11,830 nucleotides of DNA from an uncultured bacterium (GTDB lineage Bacteria; Zixibacteria; MSB-5A5; JAABVY01; JAHJOQ01): the NCBI GenBank assembly GCA_965369655.1, contig CBDUQR010000063.1, forward strand, positions 1-11,830. The letters run 5' to 3'. Position numbers and translations under genes: made by a program. The notes under the pieces are model-generated. The model was not told the origin of the DNA. It searched no databases and was given only the letters and a program-made list of their open reading frames with translations. Shown here in pieces: positions 5,469 through 11,830 of this stretch (positions within the stretch are counted from its first letter, which is position 1; each line of letters starts with the position of its first letter).

Positions 5469-7253
5469 ATGAAAGTTCTGATGTCTGGCAATGAGGCTGT
5501 CGCAAGGGGGGTGTACGAGGCTGGCGTCAAAATGGCAACGGCTTATCCCGGTACACCCTCGACCGAGATTCTCGAAAACATATCTATGTGGTATAAGAAT
5601 GTCTACTCCGAGTGGTCACCCAATGAAAAAGTAGCGTTCGAGGTGGCCATCGGCGGCGCTATGGCGGGCGCTCGATCATTGGTCGCCATGAAGCACGTTG
5701 GTCTCAATGTTGCCGCTGACCCGTTCATGACATTTGCCTATACCGGTGTCAAAGCGGGATTCATCGTTATCTCAGCCGATGATCCATCCATGCACTCATC
5801 GCAGAACGAGCAGGACAACCGGTTCTACGCAAAGTTCGCGATGATACCTATGCTCGAACCATCAGACAGCCAGGAATCGAAAGACTTCGTGAAGATCGGT
5901 ATGGAGATATCCGAGGAGTTTGACACGCCTTTGATGCTGCGAATGGTGACAAGGATATCACACTCCAAGGGAGTGGTCGAGACAGTCGATCCGATAGAAA
6001 CTGAAGTAGCAGGGTTCGAGCGTGACATTCCCAAGTATGTCATGGTACCGGGACATGCACGGCTTCGTCGGAAGATCGTGCTCGAAAGGCTCGAAAAACT
6101 GAAAGCTTATTCCGATGATACTGACCTGAATCGATTTGAGAAGGGTTCCTCCGAGATAGGAATTATCACATCCGGGATATCATATCAGTACGCCAAAGAG
6201 GCTATGCCCGACGCGAGCTTCCTCAAGCTCGGAATGCCCTATCCTCTGCCGGAGAGGAAAATCCGCGAGTTCGCAAACTCAGTCGACAGGCTGTTCACTG
6301 TTGAAGAACTCGAGCCATTCATCGAGGAGCAGATCCTGGCTATGGGAATCGAGTGCGAGGGCAAGAAGTTTTTCACATCATTTGGCGAGCTGTCATCAGA
6401 AATTGTCGCAGGCGGATTCGCAAAAGCGGGCGTCAGACCCGCGCCGGAATCATTCGCAATCGATAGCCTGGAACTGTTCCCACGGCCACCCGTGCTCTGT
6501 CCCGGCTGCCCGCATCGCGGTGTGTTCACAGTCCTCAAGAAACTCAAAACCACTGTCACCGGCGATATCGGCTGCTACACACTCGGCGCGCTCGAACCAT
6601 TGTCATCGATGGATTCATGCATCTGCATGGGCGCATCAATCGGCAGCGCAGTAGGTATGGCAAAGGTGGGCGGAGTCAAGAAAGGCGTCGTCGCAGCAAT
6701 CGGCGATTCGACTTTCCTGCATTCCGGACTAACCGGCCTGCTCGACGCATCATACAACAACGCAAATATCACTGTCGCTCTGCTCGATAACCGCACGACA
6801 GCTATGACCGGCGGACAGAATCATCCGGGAACCGGCAAGACTCTCATGGGAGATGAAACATTTCAGGTCGACTTCGTGAAGCTCTGTGAGGCGGTCGGAG
6901 TGAAAGACATCCACACCGTCGATGCGTACGACCTTGATGAGACGAAAGCCGCATTCCAGAAAGCTCTCGAATTCAACGGCCCATCGGTAGTCATATCCGA
7001 CAGACCCTGTGTCCTGATGCCGAGCAAGATCAAAGAAGCACCCTACACGGTCATTTCAGACAGTTGCAACGGCTGCAAACTCTGTTTCAGAATTGGGTGT
7101 CCGGCGATCGCGGCATCTAAAGAATTGACGAAGAAGGGTCATCCCAAGGCGATAATAGATACGGATACGTGCACAGGGTGTACTATCTGTGCTCAGGTCT
7201 GCCCGGAAGACGCTATTGTCCTCGCAACTGAGAAGGTCCCTGCAGTGAGGTAG
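5469..7253 (+). CDS. iorA: Indolepyruvate ferredoxin oxidoreductase subunit alpha
   Basis: Motifs MSGNEAVARG, AYPGTPSTEI, NEKVAFE, MKHVGLNVAAD, SSQNEQD, LCPGCPH, GDIGCY, the TPP motif GDSTF...DN, and two C-terminal ferredoxin motifs (CNGCKLC...CP; CTGCTICAQVCP). The start is moved to ATG 5469, which has GAGG upstream. Confidence 0.96.
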   Translation: MKVLMSGNEAVARGVYEAGVKMATAYPGTPSTEILENISMWYKNVYSEWSPNEKVAFEVAIGGAMAGARSLVAMKHVGLNVAADPFMTFAYTGVKAGFIVISADDPSMHSSQNEQDNRFYAKFAMIPMLEPSDSQESKDFVKIGMEISEEFDTPLMLRMVTRISHSKGVVETVDPIETEVAGFERDIPKYVMVPGHARLRRKIVLERLEKLKAYSDDTDLNRFEKGSSEIGIITSGISYQYAKEAMPDASFLKLGMPYPLPERKIREFANSVDRLFTVEELEPFIEEQILAMGIECEGKKFFTSFGELSSEIVAGGFAKAGVRPAPESFAIDSLELFPRPPVLCPGCPHRGVFTVLKKLKTTVTGDIGCYTLGALEPLSSMDSCICMGASIGSAVGMAKVGGVKKGVVAAIGDSTFLHSGLTGLLDASYNNANITVALLDNRTTAMTGGQNHPGTGKTLMGDETFQVDFVKLCEAVGVKDIHTVDAYDLDETKAAFQKALEFNGPSVVISDRPCVLMPSKIKEAPYTVISDSCNGCKLCFRIGCPAIAASKELTKKGHPKAIIDTDTCTGCTICAQVCPEDAIVLATEKVPAVR

Positions 7254-7258
7254 ATGAA

Positions 7259-7861
7259 ATGGCTGAAACGACAATAAACATACTGATAGTCGGCGTCGGA
7301 GGGCAGGGAGTATTGCTTGCCTCCGAGGTCCTCTCGTTGCTGGCTCTCGAATCGGGTCTGGATGTCAAAAAGTCCGAAGTTCACGGCATGAGCCAGCGTG
7401 GCGGTGTGGTATCATCGCACGTCAGGATGGGCAAGAAAGTCTACTCCCCGACGATCAATCATGCCGAAGCGGATGTGCTCATGTCGTTCGAGGCGGCGGA
7501 GTGCGTAAGAGCGTTGCCGTGGCTCAAACCGGGCGGAACCGTCATCACATCTCACACGCGGGTGGTGCCGCCGATTACGACCATCGGCAAGTTCACGTAT
7601 CCTGATGATCCAATCGCACTGCTCAAAGAACACGCCCCAAATGCAAAGGATGTTGATGCAGATACGATTGCATCCGAGCTTGGGAATCCGAGACTTGTCA
7701 ATACGATTCTGCTCGGCGTCCTGTCGCACTCGCTCGATATTCCCGATAGTCTTTGGCTGGATGTAATCAAGAAACGTGTCCCGCCGAAATTCGTAGAACT
7801 GAATCTGAAAGCTTTCGAGCGTGGCAGGTCACTCACATTCGAGAGCGCTCAGGTAGGATAG
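7259..7861 (+). CDS. iorB: Indolepyruvate ferredoxin oxidoreductase subunit beta
   Basis: Motifs GVGGQG, SEVHGMSQRGG, NTILLG and N.KAFERG. It starts 5 nt after the iorA stop. Confidence 0.95.
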   Translation: MAETTINILIVGVGGQGVLLASEVLSLLALESGLDVKKSEVHGMSQRGGVVSSHVRMGKKVYSPTINHAEADVLMSFEAAECVRALPWLKPGGTVITSHTRVVPPITTIGKFTYPDDPIALLKEHAPNAKDVDADTIASELGNPRLVNTILLGVLSHSLDIPDSLWLDVIKKRVPPKFVELNLKAFERGRSLTFESAQVG

Positions 7862-7867
7862 TCTGCA

Positions 7868-8938
7868 ATGGCTGAAGTAGTACCTGTAATCAATCCGGGA
7901 TCGACGTCGACAAAGATCGCCGTGTGGACACGCGATGAAGCGTTGTATGAGGAGAACATCAAGCATCCACAGGATGAGATATCCAAATTCGACAAGGTGA
8001 CCGAGCAGTACGAACTTCGTATCTCGCAGATCAGGAAAGCTCTCGACGATTTCGGTGTCGCGAATCATACGGTCGTGGCTGTAGCCGGACGAGGCGCGCC
8101 GCTCAAGCCGCTCGAAGGCGGATCTTACTCGATCAATCAGGCTATGCTCGATGATCTCCACTCATGCAAATACGCGAATCATGCTTCGAATCTGGGAGCG
8201 ATAATAGCATCGCAACTGGCGGATGAATACAGTGTGAAAGCCTATGTAGTCGATCCGATTACAATTGACAATTTCATCCCGGAAGCACGAATTTCCGGTG
8301 TGCCGGAAATCGTGCGCAAGTGCCGCTCCCACGCGCTCAACATCAAGGCGAACGCCCGCGAGGTGGCCGCATCAATCGGCAAGACAATCGACACTGCCAA
8401 CTTCATTGTTGTACATATGGGCGGCGGCATTTCTGTCTGTGCTCTGCGTCGCGGCATGGTGATCGACGTCAATGATGCTCTTCTCGGCATGGGACCGTTC
8501 TCGCCCGACCGAGCGGGAGCCGTTCCAATCGGTGCATTGATCGAACTATGCTTCTCTGGCAAGTACACCATGAAAGAGATGATTACCAGGTTGTCGAAAC
8601 AGAGCGGCCTGGTGGCTTATCTGGGTTCGTCCGATCTGATCGAAGTCGAGAAGATGATAAACGGCGGAGATCAGAAAGCCAAAGAGATATTCAAGGCAAT
8701 GGCCTATCAGATAGCCAAAGAGATAGGGGCGATGTCGGCATCGCTCAAGGGTGAAATCGATGGCGTGATACTGACAGGCGGCATGGCTCACTCAAGGATG
8801 CTGCTCGATGAGATCGAGCAATACATCGGTCATCTCGGAGAAGTTTTCGAGCGACCGGGAGAGCTCGAGATGAGAGCGCTGGCGGAGGGCGTATTCAGGG
8901 TTGTCGATGGCAAAGAGGCACCGAAGGAGTACGTATAG
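7868..8938 (+). CDS. buk: Butyrate kinase-family (ASKHA) carboxylate kinase, variant acyl pocket
   Basis: Motifs INPGSTSTK, GRG, HASNLG, VDP, HALN, HMGGGISV, GPFSPDRAG, LTGGMA and PGELEM. It starts 6 nt after the iorB stop. Confidence 0.93.
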   Translation: MAEVVPVINPGSTSTKIAVWTRDEALYEENIKHPQDEISKFDKVTEQYELRISQIRKALDDFGVANHTVVAVAGRGAPLKPLEGGSYSINQAMLDDLHSCKYANHASNLGAIIASQLADEYSVKAYVVDPITIDNFIPEARISGVPEIVRKCRSHALNIKANAREVAASIGKTIDTANFIVVHMGGGISVCALRRGMVIDVNDALLGMGPFSPDRAGAVPIGALIELCFSGKYTMKEMITRLSKQSGLVAYLGSSDLIEVEKMINGGDQKAKEIFKAMAYQIAKEIGAMSASLKGEIDGVILTGGMAHSRMLLDEIEQYIGHLGEVFERPGELEMRALAEGVFRVVDGKEAPKEYV

Positions 8939-8939
8939 T

Positions 8940-9881
8940 ATGGAACCGATCACATCGGCTGATGGCATTATCGAGGCGGCAAAGAGAGTCTCCGAAAAGA
9001 AGCGGAAGCATGTTGCCGTTGCGGCGGCTGCGGATGCCGCCGTGCTGGAAGCTGTCTCGGCTGCCGAGAGCGAAGCTGTCTGCGATGTGACTCTGTTCGG
9101 CGATGCGGACAAGATCAGGCAGATTTCCAATGCCGAGTCGATCGATATACGAAATCTCAATATAGAGAACTACCCGGACCCGGTCGAGGCTGCGTACAAT
9201 GCTGTCAGGATGGCGGACTCCCGTGACGCCGATGCGATAATGAAGGGCTTTGTCGGCACATCGACTCTGCTCAAGACTATCCTTTCGAGAGATTTCAACC
9301 TGCGCGGCAAGAATACGATGTCGCACACGGCGGTTCTCGATATCCCGGGATATCACAAGCTGCTCGGTATCACTGATGGCGGCATGATTGTGAAGCCCGA
9401 TTTCGAGACGAAGCTGCAGTTGATCGATAACGGTTCGATGATATTCAACGCTCTCGGTTTTGAAAAACCGAAAGTGGCGCTGTCGAGTGCTATTGACTAT
9501 GTCCACGAGAATTTCCCATCCACTATCCTGAACCAGCGACTGATGGAGCACTATAACGCAGGGAATATTCCCAGCTGTGAACTGTTCGGTCCGATCACTC
9601 TCGAAGCTGCGACATCGAAGGAGATAGCCTCAAGTCGCGGAATCGAAAGTCCGGTTGCCGGCGATGCGGATCTGTTCGTCGTCGATTCTATCGAGGAATG
9701 TAACATCGTCTCGAAAGTGCTGATACTGTTCACAAAGACTACGTTCGCAGGTGTCATCGTCGGCGCGAAAGTGCCGGTTTCGCTCGTCTCGCGAACTGAC
9801 TCGGTCCAGAACAAGAAAGCGTCTCTCTCCATCGCATGCCTCGTGGCAGATTATCTGAGCGAGCACGGAGGTGATATCTGA
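8940..9881 (+). CDS. Phosphate butyryltransferase-family acyltransferase, paralog 1
   Basis: Motifs VAVAAAAD, IMKG, MSH, TDGGM, PKVA, SPVAGDAD and GAKVPVSLVSRTDS. The start is placed at ATG 8940, 1 nt after the buk stop, with AAGGAG upstream. Confidence 0.9.
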   Translation: MEPITSADGIIEAAKRVSEKKRKHVAVAAAADAAVLEAVSAAESEAVCDVTLFGDADKIRQISNAESIDIRNLNIENYPDPVEAAYNAVRMADSRDADAIMKGFVGTSTLLKTILSRDFNLRGKNTMSHTAVLDIPGYHKLLGITDGGMIVKPDFETKLQLIDNGSMIFNALGFEKPKVALSSAIDYVHENFPSTILNQRLMEHYNAGNIPSCELFGPITLEAATSKEIASSRGIESPVAGDADLFVVDSIEECNIVSKVLILFTKTTFAGVIVGAKVPVSLVSRTDSVQNKKASLSIACLVADYLSEHGGDI

Positions 9882-10774
9882 TGGTCAAAGATTTCGGCGA
9901 TCTGGAATCTCTCGTTCGATCAAGTATCCACAAGCCGCAGAGAGTGATGGTTATCGGCAACTGCTTCTACAAATGGATGCTCGCGCTCAGGAAGGCTATG
10001 GATGCTGGCTTGATAAGCCCGGTTCTGATCGGGAACGAGAAGGCGATACGCGAGAATGCAGAAATTCACTCGGTTGATCTGACCGGATTCGAGATTAGCG
10101 ACACTGTCGGCGATGTCGTGCAGCCCGCAGTCGAGGCGCTGAACTCGGATCAGGTCGATGTCCTCGTTCGAGGTGATGTCGGCACGCTCGATATGCTCTC
10201 AGCGTTGTTCGCACGTGAGAGCGGGTTCCGATTGGGGAAGAAGCTTGTCTCAGGTATCAGCGCTCATTTTGTAGGAAAACTCGGAAGGCTGCTTTTCGTG
10301 ACAGACCCGATCGTGGTTCCAGCGCCCGATCTCAAGGCCAAGATTGGTCTCGTCGAGAACGCGGCAGCTTATACAGCGAAGCTGGGATTTCAGAAGCCGA
10401 ATATCGCTTTGACTGCTGCCGTAGAAGTCATCTACCCCGTTATGCAGCATACACTTGAGGCCGCCGTCATCGCCAAGATGTCCGACAGAAAACAGATTAA
10501 GGATTGTCTTGTTGACGGACCTCTCTCGATGGATTGTGCCGTGATCGAGTCCGCAGCAAAGGACAAGGGCGTAACCGGATGGGTCGCAGGAAAAGCGGAT
10601 ATTCTCGTCCAGCCGAATATCGAGACATCTTACGGCATGTACAAAGCCTTCGTATTCTTTGTCAAAGCGCCGTCTGGTTGCGTGGTGGTCGGGGGCAAAG
10701 TCCCGATCTGTGCGACATCCCTGGCCGACTCTGTCGAAACTAACTACAACTCTCTGCTCATGGCTCTCGTGTGA
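9881..10774 (+). CDS. Phosphate butyryltransferase-family acyltransferase, paralog 2 (divergent; lacks the conserved Arg of the SR motif)
   Basis: Motifs TDP...PDL..K...ENA, AVEVI, DGPLSMDCA, KG..G.VAGKADILVQPNIE, YK and GGKVPI..TSLADS. It has a TGATG overlap with paralog 1 and the RBS GGAGGTG. Confidence 0.88.
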   Translation: MVKDFGDLESLVRSSIHKPQRVMVIGNCFYKWMLALRKAMDAGLISPVLIGNEKAIRENAEIHSVDLTGFEISDTVGDVVQPAVEALNSDQVDVLVRGDVGTLDMLSALFARESGFRLGKKLVSGISAHFVGKLGRLLFVTDPIVVPAPDLKAKIGLVENAAAYTAKLGFQKPNIALTAAVEVIYPVMQHTLEAAVIAKMSDRKQIKDCLVDGPLSMDCAVIESAAKDKGVTGWVAGKADILVQPNIETSYGMYKAFVFFVKAPSGCVVVGGKVPICATSLADSVETNYNSLLMALV

Positions 10775-10901
10775 GAACTCAAACAATTGCCGTCCGTCGG
10801 ATTCAAACCTGATTAAATCGAAAATCCTCTCGATTGTTATCTCTATCCAGGAAACTATACGCCTGTCATTCGTATAGATAGACAAGAGGTGCGAGTGTTC
10901 A

Positions 10902-11681
10902 ATGATGATTCGAGTTGTTATCTGTCAATTGCCGATTCGTGAGCGAGGTCTGACTCTCGAAGAGAAGCTGAGCATCATGAAGAAAGGCGCGGACATTGTC
11001 TGCCTGCCGGAGTATTTCCTGATGCCTGCTGAATCTACGGATTATTCCCTGCTCGCCTCTAAGTATGAGTGGAATATCAAATACCTCGCGAGGTTGTCGA
11101 GAGACTTGAACACGACCATCGTGGGCGGCACAGTCGCTGTCAGGACAGGCGACAGGATGTACAACACGTGCTTCGTGTTCAGCAAAGGTTACCGTATCGG
11201 CAGCTACCGCAAAGTGCATCCGACTGTCGGCGAAAGAGAAAAAGGCATCTCGCCGGGCGAGCAGTATACATCATGGAAAGTGAACGGCGTGCGAATCGGC
11301 GTATTGATCTGTGCCGATGTCCTGCATTCTGAGAGTTTCGAGGAGATGAAGCGACAGAGCGTCGATATTGTATTCATTCCGATCACATCGCCTTACAGGC
11401 CGCTCGACACGGTCGAGGAAAAAGCCAAACGTGACAGCGAGATATTCGTCGGGGGCGCAATGACCGCGAAGGGTTATATCGTCAAGACATGCACGACAGG
11501 TTCGATCTTCGGCAGGAGATTGCAGGGCAGGTCGCTCGTTGCCGCGCCATGGGATCTTCTCTGGAATGTATTCCCCGAATCGGAATCCCGATCCATCATC
11601 CACTCATACGACCTCGATATCGACAGGCTCAGGGAATACAGACGATCAGCGATGATCGAACGCATTGTATCGAAGCTTTGA
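10902..11681 (+). CDS. Carbon-nitrogen hydrolase (nitrilase superfamily amidase)
   Basis: The Glu-Lys-Cys triad is present in context (CLPEYF, YRKVHP, LICADV), along with YNT and G.S.VAAPW. GAGGTG lies upstream. Confidence 0.92.
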   Translation: MMIRVVICQLPIRERGLTLEEKLSIMKKGADIVCLPEYFLMPAESTDYSLLASKYEWNIKYLARLSRDLNTTIVGGTVAVRTGDRMYNTCFVFSKGYRIGSYRKVHPTVGEREKGISPGEQYTSWKVNGVRIGVLICADVLHSESFEEMKRQSVDIVFIPITSPYRPLDTVEEKAKRDSEIFVGGAMTAKGYIVKTCTTGSIFGRRLQGRSLVAAPWDLLWNVFPESESRSIIHSYDLDIDRLREYRRSAMIERIVSKL

Positions 11682-11705
11682 GATGAATATCAGCATGTGC
11701 ATCAT

Positions 11706-11757
11706 GTCATCCCGACGAAAGTCCTTCGCTGCCCTCAGGATGCTATCGGGAACCATC
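11706..11757 (+). repeat. GTCAT-headed palindromic repeat interrupted by a 24-nt insert
   Basis: GTCA-TCCCGAC-GAAA-GTC[CTTCGCTGCCCTCAGGATGCTATC]GGGA-ACCATC. Without the bracketed 24 nt it is a perfect 7-bp stem with a GAAA tetraloop. It lies just downstream of the hydrolase stop. Confidence 0.65.
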
Positions 11758-11830
11758 TTCTCATGTCATCAGTTTAGTAGATACTGTCTTGAAAGTCAAG
11801 CTCTGAATTCAGGATTGAATTCGATTTTTG

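Noticed and set aside
7836-7858. ATTCGAGAGCGCTCAGG at the iorB 3' end, resembling the CCTTCG..CTCAGG micro-element
   Set aside because: It lacks the CC needed for the stem and no empty site can be reconstructed. It may be chance; revisit only if iorB orthologs lack these C-terminal residues.
8895-9551. 218-aa minus-strand ORF, and similarly 10250..10885, 3592..4188 and the other antisense ORFs
   Set aside because: They lie wholly antisense to well-supported genes and have no recognisable motifs; these are typical shadow ORFs.
11702-11770. 10-bp direct repeat TCATGTCATC flanking the palindrome, as a possible target-site duplication or CRISPR remnant
   Set aside because: There are only two short copies and the first overlaps the repeat's own GTCAT head. 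There is no regular repeat-spacer array and no cas genes.
11803-11822. CTGAATTCAG palindrome and a second GAATTC near the window end
   Set aside because: It is too short and truncated by the window edge to assign as an operator or element end.

Overview
Bacterial chromosomal window, probably from an anaerobe; the kinase architecture and N-terminus suggest Zixibacteria or a similar lineage, which is inference only. The left end (1-~1200) is an AT-richer accessory patch: the 3' end of a probable IS630-family element, a 3-TM hypothetical membrane protein with a Pro-rich tail, a small unannotated ORF paralogous to that tail, and a cluster of REP-like palindromes. Next is a macrodomain (YmdB-like) gene, divergent from a very basic 102-aa Myb/SANT-like HTH protein that has a sigma28-like promoter, a strong RBS and a terminator. 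This is followed by a membrane Ser/Thr kinase (kinase-TM-TolB_N-like-TPR). A tightly coupled sigma70 operon follows: iorA-iorB-buk-ptb-ptb'. A nitrilase-superfamily gene and another REP-like palindrome close the window. Best leads: (i) 21- and 24-nt CCTTCG...CTCAGG micro-insertions interrupting two unrelated, otherwise perfect hairpin repeats; (ii) twin Pro-rich 'PPPKRI' peptides with their own RBSs; (iii) two Ptb paralogs with complementary motif loss beside a Buk with an altered acyl pocket, suggesting an arylacyl-CoA-to-ATP route; (iv) a histone-tail-like basic protein between a macrodomain and a kinase. No CRISPR array, tRNA or rRNA was seen.
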